A stretch of 64,000 bases of DNA from an uncultured Actinomycetes bacterium. GTDB lineage: Bacteria > Actinomycetota > Acidimicrobiia > IMCC26256 > PALSA-610. The stretch lies in the NCBI GenBank assembly GCA_963784845.1, contig CAWASN010000007.1:532979-596978 (forward strand). The letters run 5' to 3'. Under the pieces are notes generated by a model. That model worked only from the letters and a program-made list of their open reading frames with translations, did no database searches and was not told where the DNA came from. The position numbers were made by a program, and so were the translations under genes. Below are positions 47,905 through 56,086 of this stretch, one piece after another; the first letter of the stretch is position 1, and every line of letters begins with the position of its first letter.

Positions 47905-49035
47905 ATGAGCAGGCGCCGCACGTTCGGCTCTATTCGTACGTTGTCGTCCGGTCGCTACCAAGCGCGCTACACGTCGCCCGACGGCGTCCGCCATCGTGCG
48001 CCCCGCAGCTTCTCGACCAAAGCTGAAGCGAGTCAGTGGCTCGCGAAGATCGAGACCGAGTTCGCGAGAGGCACTTGGACCGATCCCGACGCCGGTCGCG
48101 TTTCGCTCGACGGGTACGCGCGGAGCTGGGTCGAGACCCGCGCCAACCTGCGACCCCGCACCGTCGATCTGTACGAGTCTCTGCTCGAGCACCACATCGT
48201 CCCGGCCCTCGGCGATCACGAGATCGGCACCCTCAGCGCCGGGACCGTGCGCCGTTGGTACGCGCAGCTCGTCCGGAGAAGCGGCCCGGGATCGCTGACT
48301 CCGGCCAAGAGCTACCGGCTCCTACGGACGATCCTGAACACCGCCGTTGCCGACGGCATCATCGCAAGGAATCCGTGTGCGATTGTCGGCGCGGGGATCG
48401 AACGCAGCGCCGAGCGCCCGGTCGCGACGCTGGCTCAGGTCTGGGCGTTGGCCGACGCGGTCCCGCCGCACTTCCGTGCGCTCGTCCTCACGGCCGCGTT
48501 CGGCGGCCTCCGATTCGGCGAGCTCGCGGGGCTAACGCGGGATTGCATCGACATCGCCGCCGGCACGATCACCGTCCGCCGTGCTCTCGTCCAGCGCGAC
48601 GACGGAACCCTGCAGCTCGGTCCGCCCAAGAGCGAAGCCGGCCGCCGCACGTTCACGATTCCGGCCGCGCTCGTGCCCGAGCTTGCCGCCCATCTCGACG
48701 GGTACGTCGAGCAGCGCGACGACGCGCTCGTCTTCGTCGGCGCGAAAGGCGCGAGGCTGCGCCGGTCGAACTCGTCGGCGGTTTGGAAGAAGGCGACGGA
48801 GAAGGTCGGCGTTCCCGGTCTGCGCCTCCACGACCTGCGCCACACGTGCAACACCCTCACGGCCGCGACCGGTGCGAGCACCCGCGAGCTGATGCACCGC
48901 ATGGGCCACGCCTCACCGCGCGCTGCCCTGCGCTACCAGCACGCCACGCGCGAACGCGACGAGGTGATCGCCTCCGCGCTGAGCGCCCTGATTGAGGCGG
49001 CGCCCGGGAGAGTGTCAAACGAGATAGTCGAGTGA
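47905..49035 (+). CDS. int: tyrosine-type site-specific integrase
   Basis: N-terminal SAM-like domain (YQARYTSPDG..FSTKAEASQWL). Catalytic set: GLRFGEL (R), KSEAGRRTFTIP (K), HDLRHT (HxxR), MGHAS (H), LRYQH (Y). Confidence 0.9.
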   Translation: MSRRRTFGSIRTLSSGRYQARYTSPDGVRHRAPRSFSTKAEASQWLAKIETEFARGTWTDPDAGRVSLDGYARSWVETRANLRPRTVDLYESLLEHHIVPALGDHEIGTLSAGTVRRWYAQLVRRSGPGSLTPAKSYRLLRTILNTAVADGIIARNPCAIVGAGIERSAERPVATLAQVWALADAVPPHFRALVLTAAFGGLRFGELAGLTRDCIDIAAGTITVRRALVQRDDGTLQLGPPKSEAGRRTFTIPAALVPELAAHLDGYVEQRDDALVFVGAKGARLRRSNSSAVWKKATEKVGVPGLRLHDLRHTCNTLTAATGASTRELMHRMGHASPRAALRYQHATRERDEVIASALSALIEAAPGRVSNEIVE

Positions 49036-49095
49036 CGGAGAACGGAGTCTGCAGGGCCGAGCGACTCGGGTGCCACGGCTTGTTACGGTTGAAAA

Positions 49096-50454
49096 ATGGT
49101 CGACGTTGCGATTTCGGCAAAGTACGAAACCCTCGAGCCCGGCGCCCGCATCGAGCTTTACAACGGTGCGCTCGGCTTGTCGTGGGCCGCCAACACCTTC
49201 GTGGGCACGGGATCGATCCACTTCGAGTGGCAACCATACCCACGCGTTGGTTTCAATGTCTCGGTTTCTTTGCCACTCGATGTAGGTGATGTCGGAGATC
49301 AGGTCCGCGTCGAGTTGCTCGATACGGGAGGCAGCGCCGAAGGTCGGCCTTGGCGAATCACCGACACGTTCAACGACGGCGACGAGTTGCAGCGCACGGT
49401 CGAGGGATCGATTGCCGAGGAGCTCCTCGTCGGCAACCCCGCCGCGACGGATTCGGTCATCTTTCACGTTCCAAACTTTCCCGACTATGTCGGAACGCCG
49501 GTGCAGGCAACACAGGCAGGCGGGAACACGCGGGCTGCCAGACTAACTGCAACGACAGCGCAGTGGATCGTCGAACTGGACGCTGTACCTCACGCGGGAG
49601 ATCTCGCAGCTGCGCTGACCAAGCGAAGAGGCTTCGGGATAACGCACGTAGGTCGAATCCGCCGCTTGGACGGTGCCGCAGTTCCGTACGCCGACGTTGA
49701 AGCGATGTGCAGTCAGCTGTACTGGTGGCTTTCCCTACTGAGAAGTGAGCGAACCGGCCCGATTCTGGTGATGGGAGTTCACGAGGGCGTGACGGTATGG
49801 GAGACATGGCAATCTCCGACAGTGTCTCCGTGGCGCGGGCGGTGGAGTTGGTTGCCTCGATTTCCAATCGAAGTGGACGGGCATCCTGTTTCTGTCAGCG
49901 GCGGTGACACGCTCCGGTGTCTGAGCGACTCGTGGGCAAACCCGGACTACCAACGGGCGATCACGCGAGCGATCGATTGGTACACGCAGAGCGTTTCAAG
50001 CGGCTATGCGGCAACGACGGTCATTCTCGCGCAGGCCGGTTTAGAACTGATGTCGTGGCTGCGACTCGTGCGTGACATGGGCATCAGTGAGGATGGGTTC
50101 AGCAAGTTGAGCGCTGCTGATTCGCTTCGGCTCGCTCTGAGCGTCGCCGAAATCAACACAGACGTTCCCGCCGCCGCACCTCAACTGTTCGCCGCAGCAG
50201 AGCCAGGCCAGGGTCTGCAGCGACTAGACGGACCTGCTTCGATCACTGAGATTCGCAATGGCGCGGTGCATCCGAAGCCATTGCAACGGTTCGCGGATCC
50301 GATGGCCGCGATTCAAGGGGGTCTGCTGGCTATTCAGTTCCTTGAACTCATGTTGCTTCATCGCCTGGGCTACACCGGCAGCGCTTACGACAGGATTACG
50401 TGGGAAGAGCCGGAGCCCGTACCATGGGCGCCTGCAACCGTGGTTCAGGGTTGA
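49096..50454 (+). CDS. hypothetical 452 aa protein with C-terminal HEPN-like (Rx4H) helical domain; candidate ApeA-like defence RNase
   Basis: Intact ORF 61 nt downstream of int in a lower-GC region. The C-terminal helices read AITRAIDWYTQS, TTVILAQAGLELMSWLRLV, SAADSLRLALSVAEI, then ITEIRNGAVHPK (R at 50254, H at 50269), then AAIQGGLLAIQFLELMLLHRL. Confidence 0.6.
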   Translation: MVDVAISAKYETLEPGARIELYNGALGLSWAANTFVGTGSIHFEWQPYPRVGFNVSVSLPLDVGDVGDQVRVELLDTGGSAEGRPWRITDTFNDGDELQRTVEGSIAEELLVGNPAATDSVIFHVPNFPDYVGTPVQATQAGGNTRAARLTATTAQWIVELDAVPHAGDLAAALTKRRGFGITHVGRIRRLDGAAVPYADVEAMCSQLYWWLSLLRSERTGPILVMGVHEGVTVWETWQSPTVSPWRGRWSWLPRFPIEVDGHPVSVSGGDTLRCLSDSWANPDYQRAITRAIDWYTQSVSSGYAATTVILAQAGLELMSWLRLVRDMGISEDGFSKLSAADSLRLALSVAEINTDVPAAAPQLFAAAEPGQGLQRLDGPASITEIRNGAVHPKPLQRFADPMAAIQGGLLAIQFLELMLLHRLGYTGSAYDRITWEEPEPVPWAPATVVQG

Positions 50455-50599
50455 CGTACGTGATGCTCGACGTTGTTGCTGTGCCGCTCAGTGAGCTGAC
50501 TCCCACGCCACGGCGCTCGGGGCAGCTGTGGCGCCGGGCTGTCCGGAGAGCTGAAGCCTTCGGGAAGTAGACGCGCCATCGCCGCGACCGGAAAGCTCG

Positions 50600-51646
50600 C
50601 TACGTTTCGAGTTGCCTCGTGCAATAGGCACATGTTTCCGCGTCATGCCGGCGCGGTGCGTCGGGCGGTTCGTGGATGTAGAGCTGTTCTCTTCCCTCTC
50701 GGTCGCGCTTTGGCGGCACGAGCGCCTCGTCGAAGACGCCCTCGGTGCCCTCGAAGAGATCGCCTTGTCCGGAGTCCCGAGTCTCGATCCTCTTGCGTAC
50801 GGCTCGCGCTGCTTCTGCCATCGTCGGGAACTCTTCGGCGGCGCGGTCGTAGAGGTGAGTCATGATGTCGTTGCCGGCCTGAGAATCCGTGGCGAAGATC
50901 ATGCGATACAGCGGATGATTCGCTTCGTTACGGATCTCGAGCTGGTGAGTCCATCGATAGCCAAGTTCATGCTCGAGCCGCCACCGCATTAGTTCGACGT
51001 ACTCCGCACGCGTGGCCGTCGGCGTGATCTCGTCGTCGAGCTTGGCCTGCCAGATTGCGTGCCAATCCGGCGTTCCGAACATCGCGGTGATCGCAGCGTT
51101 GTCGGCGTCACGTACGACCCCGCTCGTCGGTAGCAAGCGCGCGAAGAGCGCGTCAGGGAAGAGCATCCAGAGCTCAACTTTCGTCTTCGCCTTCGGGCCT
51201 TTGTGTTCGGCGAGGGCCCCGAGCGTCGCCCACGTGTAGTGCGGACCGTTGGGGTCGATGAACGCAAAGGTCGGTGCCCAGGCGGCGTCGACCTTGCGGA
51301 GATCCGCAAGGGCGGTACGGATGCTCTCGTTGCTGTCGCCTGGATACACGATGAGATCGCGGTCCGGGTACTCCGCGTTGAGAGCGGTCTTCAGTTTCGT
51401 TGCGTTGGGCTCGAGCTCGAAGAAGCGGAGATGCGTGAACGGTGGGTCGTCGACGTTGCGCACGATTCGCGCCGATCGATCAATCGGATTCTTCGTGACA
51501 CGGTCGTAGTTCTCGGGCTCGCCACCGAACAGATCCAGGTACACCGTCTTCGTAGCCTTGAGCTTTGTCGTGGTTGTGAACGTGTTCAGATACCGCTCGA
51601 GCAAATCGAGCTTGTACTTGGTCCAGAACCCCCACGGCCGTGACAC
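50600..51646 (-). CDS. tcmP: three-Cys-motif partner protein TcmP
   Basis: GTG 51646 lies 6 nt after the DUF5131 stop. The N-terminus is WGFWTKYKLDLLERYLNTFTTTT..KTVYLDLFGGEPEN. Later motifs are FFELEPN, IVYPGDSNESIRTALADL and TFAFIDPNGP. The family was recognised from memory of its typical N-terminus and its pairing with DUF5131. Confidence 0.7.
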   Translation of the reverse strand: MSRPWGFWTKYKLDLLERYLNTFTTTTKLKATKTVYLDLFGGEPENYDRVTKNPIDRSARIVRNVDDPPFTHLRFFELEPNATKLKTALNAEYPDRDLIVYPGDSNESIRTALADLRKVDAAWAPTFAFIDPNGPHYTWATLGALAEHKGPKAKTKVELWMLFPDALFARLLPTSGVVRDADNAAITAMFGTPDWHAIWQAKLDDEITPTATRAEYVELMRWRLEHELGYRWTHQLEIRNEANHPLYRMIFATDSQAGNDIMTHLYDRAAEEFPTMAEAARAVRKRIETRDSGQGDLFEGTEGVFDEALVPPKRDREGREQLYIHEPPDAPRRHDAETCAYCTRQLET

Positions 51647-51652
51647 GCAAGC

Positions 51653-52400
51653 TCACGCTACGGCGCGTTCGGGCATCTCGTCGTAGACGGCGCCGTCGAG
51701 ACTGCGCCCGTGCGCCTTTGGCGTGCGTCCTCCCCATTGCTTGAAGAAGAACGGGACGCTCGGCAACTGCGCACTCATCGCGGATCGATCGGACCCACGA
51801 AGGATCCATCGGCCGCGCATTGAACCCGCTTTCGCCGCCGGCAATAACCCAATGAATTGAGGCTAAATCAAGGTCGTCGAGCGGGCCGAGGAGTGGCTCG
51901 CAAGAGAGGAAACGCACGGCCGCGGGGACCTGAGCCAGGTGTTCGATGCGGAATGTGTACTGAGCGTTCTCGACGCTCACACCCATCCACACGTTGTCCG
52001 GCCACTCCAGCCGGTCGGCGAGTTGAGCAAGCCGTTTCGAACGCTTGGTGAGGACTTGGTACTGGTGCTGCGGTGTTTCCGCCATGACGTCGAAGACCTG
52101 TCGAATGAAGTCAACCGTTACCTTCGGGTGGAACAGATCGCTCATGCTGTTCACGAATATCGTGCGTGGCGTCGACCAACTCCTTGGGATCGACAACGCG
52201 TCTTCATGCATCGTGAGCGCGAAACCGGGGCCGGACGTTCGCGGCGCTGCCGTCGTTCTGGTACTTCGGTTGCCCCATCGCCTTGAGCCTGCCGCGAGCG
52301 TCATGGCGTAGCAGTGATCACAGCCTGGGCTTGTGCGGTCGCAGCCCGTGGTCGGGTTCCACGTTGCCTCGGTCCATTCGATACCGCTCTTGTCGCCCAT
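51653..52400 (-). pseudogene. DUF5131 / phage Gp37-Gp68 family protein (three-Cys motif); compensated double frameshift near 52240-52295 and a further frameshift near 51790
   Basis: GAGGGGGA precedes ATG 52400. SGIEWTEATWNPTTGCDRTSPGCDHCYA, RTIFVNSMSDLFH, YQVLTKR, NVWMGVSVE, RFLSCEPLLGPL, HWVIAGGESG. FFFKQWGG follows in ORF 51653..51844. Confidence 0.8.
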
Positions 52401-52677
52401 GCAGCGATCCCCCTCAACGCGTCGACTTCCAGCGAAGCTTGAACCACATCCACGTCGCCATCAACAACTTCGTCGATGATGACTGCAGGGTGTGACAGCG
52501 TTGCACGATCCGACAGCGTTCCGCGAAACTCGCGCCCCGATTGCTCACTCTGGGTCGCCGACGATGTTTGTCGGTTCATTATGAGGAGCGTCTCCACGAG
52601 AATCTCGACGAACCTGTCCGTCGTATCCTGGCCACATCGCACCGGGTGTATCCGAATCCGTTCCACCAGGAGGGACC

Positions 52678-52934
52678 GTGACGAAGCCACCTCGCCTCGA
52701 CCTGTGGGCCGACTTCAACAACGAGGACGACGACGGCTTCGGTTGGTCGGCGCTCCATCACGCGAGCGATCCGGCGCTCGTGACTCCGGGGCGCGGGTGA
52801 TCGCCGGTTCTGAGCGGGCATGGGCCGTCGCCGAAATCATCGCCGTCGACGACGACGGCATGGTTCACTTTCGTGTGCTCCCGCGCAACGATCCCGACTC
52901 CCAGCGAGTCTTGGCGGACGCTTCGAATGGCTGA
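52678..52934 (+). pseudogene. small hypothetical protein (about 85 aa) translationally coupled to the HicB-like gene; frameshift near 52795
   Basis: CAGGAGGGA precedes GTG 52678. VTKPPRLDLWADFNNEDDDGFGWSALHHASDPALVTPGR, then in the next frame VIAGSERAWAVAEIIAVDDDGMVHFRVLPRN..SNG*. The stop overlaps ATG 52927 by 8 nt. Confidence 0.45.
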
Positions 52935-53125
52935 CGACGCGCGTTCGTTCCGCGCCATCTACGAGCACGATGCAGCCGACGGATCGTGGCTCGTGCGCGT
53001 CGAAAGCCTCGACGGCTGCCACACCTACGGCCGCACGAAAGTGGAAGCAGCAGGCCGGATCGAAGAAGCCCTCGCCGCCTGGCTCGACAAAGGACCCGAG
53101 CGAGTTCACGCTCTCGCACGCCTGA
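52927..53125 (+). CDS. HicB-like antitoxin-fold protein (UPF0150-type N-terminal domain); 3' end assumes a one-base shift near 53090
   Basis: MADDARSFRAIYEHDAADGSWLVRVESLDGCHTYGRTKVEAAGRIEEALAAWLDK matches the HicB N-terminal pattern (Y.V.+E.D.DG.W.A.V..L.GC.T.G.T..EA...I.EAL). The shifted reading DPSEFTLSHA* ends at 53125. The unshifted frame runs on to 53304 over the opposite-strand gene. Confidence 0.55.
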
Positions 53126-53149
53126 AGCCCAGACGGGGCGGGCTACAGC

Positions 53150-53557
53150 GACTCGATCACCTCTCACGCCAAGAGCAATTGCCTCGGAGCCGAGCAGGAA
53201 CTCGTCGTCTTGAGGATCGAAGTAGACACCGTCGGCGAGGTCAGCGAGTGAGGCGGCCGCGGAGAACGCCGAGGCCAACTCGTCGACTGCGCCCGACCAC
53301 GTGAATGTGGCGCACAAGTCGCGGCCGCCGATTCGTTGGACGGCGTGCGGGTACGCGGCCGTGATCGACGAAGCATCGCCCAACGAGAACTCGAATCCGG
53401 TTGCTGCTCCGCCAAAGGTCACGGGCACGAAACCGCGGTCCGCAGCAGGATCAAAAGCCTCGGCGAGAACGGTCGGGAAGTTGCTCGCGTCGAGACGCTC
53501 CTGCCACTTCTCTCGACCGGGCACCTCTGCGCTTGCGACAAATACGTGCAGCTCCAT
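53150..53557 (-). CDS. hypothetical protein (3' end uncertain)
   Basis: ATG 53557 MELHVFVASAEVPGREKWQERLDASNFPTVLAEAFDPAADRGFVPVTFGG...GVYFDPQDDEFLLGSEAIALG. The downstream part of the open frame turns Arg-rich, so the true stop is unclear. Confidence 0.4.
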
Positions 53558-53622
53558 CGACACGCCCGACCCTCGCAGGTCGGTCGGCGGTCGAGCAACC
53601 GGTGTCGTCGGCGCGTTGCTTC

Positions 53623-53645
53623 GGGCACGTGGAGGGCACAAACGC
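53623..53645. repeat. 23 bp island-internal direct repeat, partner of 46212-46234
   Basis: gggcacgtggagggcacaaacgc. It is followed by the hairpin gtgcagac-N10-gtctgcac at 53660-53685. Confidence 0.6.
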
Positions 53646-53709
53646 TGCTCGCCTAGACCGTGCAGACGTTCGTCAAGGTCTGCACACGTGCCTTGACCAG
53701 GACTTTCTC

Positions 53710-53755
53710 GGAGAGCGGGTGACCGGGATCGAACCGGCATGGCCAGCTTGGAAGG
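53710..53755. repeat. attR: 46 bp core repeat inside tRNA-Gly
   Basis: Identical to 46059-46104. Confidence 0.9.
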
Positions 53756-53784
53756 CTGGGGCTCTGCCATTGAGCTACACCCGC
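53714..53784 (-). tRNA. tRNA-Gly (anticodon UCC)
   Basis: The reverse complement GCGGGTGTAGCTCAATGGCAGAGCCCCAGCCTTCCAAGCTGGCCATGCCGGTTCGATCCCGGTCACCCGCT folds as a 71 nt cloverleaf. It has a 7 bp acceptor stem, anticodon loop CTTCCAA and T-loop TTCGATC. CCA is not encoded. Confidence 0.92.
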
Positions 53785-53863
53785 GTGCGGAACCTGCCGC
53801 CCGGGCAGCCTAGGCGGCGGCCGTGTCGGCGAACAGTGCTCGAGGGCGACCCCACGCCCGCGG

Positions 53864-54277
53864 TTACGAGCGCGGCGTCACGTTCTGGAGTCGGACCTGA
53901 CCGATCGCGACCAGGCGGTCGGCATCGTCGGTGACGCGCACCTCCCACAGTTGGGCCGTGCGCCCTTGCTGAAGCGCCGCGGCGCGCACCGTGACCCGGC
54001 CCGTGACCATCGAACGCACGAAGTTGGTGTTGTTGTTGACGCCGACGGCGACGAGACCGTGCTCCGACGCGGCCTTCGACGCACCGATGCTCGCGGCGCT
54101 CTCGATCGCGGTCGTGTACACGCCGCCGTGTACGAGCCCCCAGGGTTGATGGTGTTCGGGTCCGAGGTCGATCCATCCGGTGACGGCTGTCGGCCCGACG
54201 TCGTCGACGTGGAGACCGGCTGCCTGCATGAATGCACTCGCCCCCTCGGGAACGGGCGCGGTGGCGGGATCGGTCAC
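53864..54277 (-). CDS. PaaI-family (hotdog fold) thioesterase
   Basis: GLHVDDVGPTAVTGWIDLGPEHHQPWGLVHGGVYTTAIESAAS...GRTAQLWEVRV. GTG 54277 overlaps the MarR stop (GTGA). Confidence 0.8.
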   Translation of the reverse strand: MTDPATAPVPEGASAFMQAAGLHVDDVGPTAVTGWIDLGPEHHQPWGLVHGGVYTTAIESAASIGASKAASEHGLVAVGVNNNTNFVRSMVTGRVTVRAAALQQGRTAQLWEVRVTDDADRLVAIGQVRLQNVTPRS

Positions 54278-54777
54278 CGGTCGACCTCCGTGGCAATCGA
54301 CAATGTGGAGCTCAGGCGAGTGAGGATCGAGGTGAGCCGGCGATGTTCGTCGGGCGCGAGATGCCGGCCGAAGGAGGTCCTCAACGTGTCGACGTAGACC
54401 GCGTCTGCGTTGCGGAACTGCGCAAGCCCGGCACGGGTCAACACGACGGTCGTCGCGCGCCGGTCGTCGGGATCGGGACGCCGCTCGACGAGACCGTCGG
54501 CTTCCATGCGCTGCACGAGCCGGCTGAACCCGGGCTGGCTGTAGCGCGGATGCATCAGCGTTGTTGCAGGTCGCTCATCGCCATGCGGTGCGGCTGGGCG
54601 GCGCGCGCGAGATACGCGAGGGTCGAGAACACCCCCGAGTCCATGCCCGCGAACTCCTCGAGCGCGGCGACGACGTCGTGGAGCACCGCCTGGTAGACGG
54701 CGACGAGCGCGCTCCAGCTGGCGAGCGGTCGCCGGGATCACCCGACGTCGGCGCCGCCCGGTCGGGCGCTCGGTCAT
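54274..54777 (-). pseudogene. MarR family transcriptional regulator; about 3 frame disruptions
   Basis: SWSALVAVYQAVLHDVVAALEEFAGMDSGVFSTLAYLARAAQPHRMAMSDLQQR in one frame. LMHPRYSQPGFSRLVQRMEADGLVERRPDPDDRRATTVVLTRAGL in another. ATG 54777 overlaps the upstream stop. Confidence 0.7.
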
Positions 54778-55034
54778 GCCGGCGGCGGGGATCGTCGAGC
54801 ACGAGCTCGAACTCGCCCGGGATCCGGCGCTGCAGCGCGTCGGCGACGCGTGACGCGAAGCTCGTCGGGCGGGAGCACGCAGTCGGCGCACGTGACATCG
54901 TCGAGCATCGAGCGCGAGGTGGATGCGCGCCGTCTTCGGGTCGGCTTCGCGCACGAGGAGATCGGCGCCGTCGGCCCGCAGGAATCCGGCCAGCTCGTCG
55001 ACCGCGGCTGCACGGCGACGGGGTCCATCGTCAT
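54774..55034 (-). pseudogene. small NifU-C-terminal-like CxxC protein; frame disruptions
   Basis: ATG 55034 overlaps the upstream stop (ATGA). Reconstructed reading: AAVDELAGFLRADGADLLVREADPKTARIHLAL..LDDVTCADCVLPPDELRVT..ADALQRRIPGEFELVLDDP. Confidence 0.5.
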
Positions 55035-56086
55035 GACCGCCGCACCACGGGCTTGCTCTGCATCGTGCTCTCGCCGAAGCTCGGCAGCGCGATCGCGTGC
55101 AGGCTGCCGAGGCCGCCGCACACGATCGGCACGATCTGGTCGGGCCGCTCGACGAGATGCACTCGACCCTCGGCGTCGACGCGGCCCCGGTCGCGCAGCA
55201 GCTTCCGCGTTCGGCGTCAGGCCACAGGTCGATCGGTTGCCACACGTTCTCGCGGAGGAACGCGGCCAGGTCGTCGATGTCGGGGAACGCGGCGCCGAAC
55301 CGCTCGGCCCACATCGGGTTGAACGCGACGACGACTTCGCCGTTCTCGACGTTGCCGAGGAACATGTTCGCGAGCGGGTACGCCATGCTCTTGGCGATGA
55401 GGTAGAGCAGGTCGCGCGGGTCGTCGTTGTGGATGTCGGCCATCGGGAACGTGCCCTTGCCGCCGTGCACCGTGACGACGTCCTCGTCGGCGGCGAAGCC
55501 CCGGCGCTGCGCGAGCGACGGCCACGGGGAACGCTCCTCCCACTCGCCGATGCAGAACCCGAAGCGCGCGGGCTGGCCGAACACCGACTTGGTGGTCTCG
55601 CCCGCGCGCTGACCGCCGATGTTGCGCAGGCAGAGCGCGACCGCGCGCCCGATCGTCATCGAGCCGCGGCCGGCGGCGCCGCCCATGCAGCCCGCCCGGT
55701 AGTCGATCCCGAGGTCGTCGCGGCTCGGGCCGTTCACGATGAGCATCGGGAACACGCTCGACGTCGTGGTCGTGAGGCCGAACGCGTTCCATTCCGGTTC
55801 CGAGAGCGCTTCGAGTGCGGCGAGCACGACGCCGAACGCCGCCGGCTCGACGCCCGCCATCGCCGCGTTGATCGCGACGAGCTCGACGGTCGCGACGCCG
55901 TTCACCGGCGGCAGCACGCAGAGCACGTGGTCGGCCGGGTACGGCGACGCGGCCAGCAGCGCCTCGATCGCGTCGTCGGTCGCCGGGCAGCAGCGGTACG
56001 CCGTCGCCCCAGTGCTCTTCGAGCGACAGCTCGTACTGCGCGCGCGGGTCGGCCGGGACCTCGACGCGCTCGCTCGCGAGCGTCAC
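55031..56086 (-). pseudogene. conserved hypothetical protein (about 351 aa) of the UGSC operon; about 2 frame disruptions
   Basis: GTG 56086 overlaps the UGSC stop (GTGA). VTLASERVEVPADPRAQYELSLEEHWGDGVPLLP..., VELVAINAAMAGVEP, GCMGGAAGRGSMTIGRAVALCLRNIGG, and the ending CGGLGSLHAIALPSFGESTMQSKPVVRRS*. Confidence 0.6.

Larger units (their letters stand above)
46059..53755. mobile_element. integrative genomic island inserted in the 3' end of tRNA-Gly(UCC) (attL 46059-46104, attR 53710-53755)
   Basis: A perfect 46 bp direct repeat bounds the region. It encloses an Xis-type HTH gene, a tyrosine integrase, an IS5-family element and A+T-richer cargo genes. Confidence 0.8.

Noticed and set aside
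52301-52690. A 129 aa minus-strand ORF upstream of, and overlapping, the DUF5131 start by about 100 nt.
   Set aside because: It overlaps a gene with a strong Shine-Dalgarno sequence and family-typical N-terminus (ATG 52400). It has no motifs. The region 52401-52677 is better explained as the divergent promoter region between the DUF5131 operon and the small-ORF/HicB-like pair.
52400-53600. A HicA toxin gene next to the HicB-like gene.
   Set aside because: No small basic ORF with a HicA-like pattern is present on either strand within the island.
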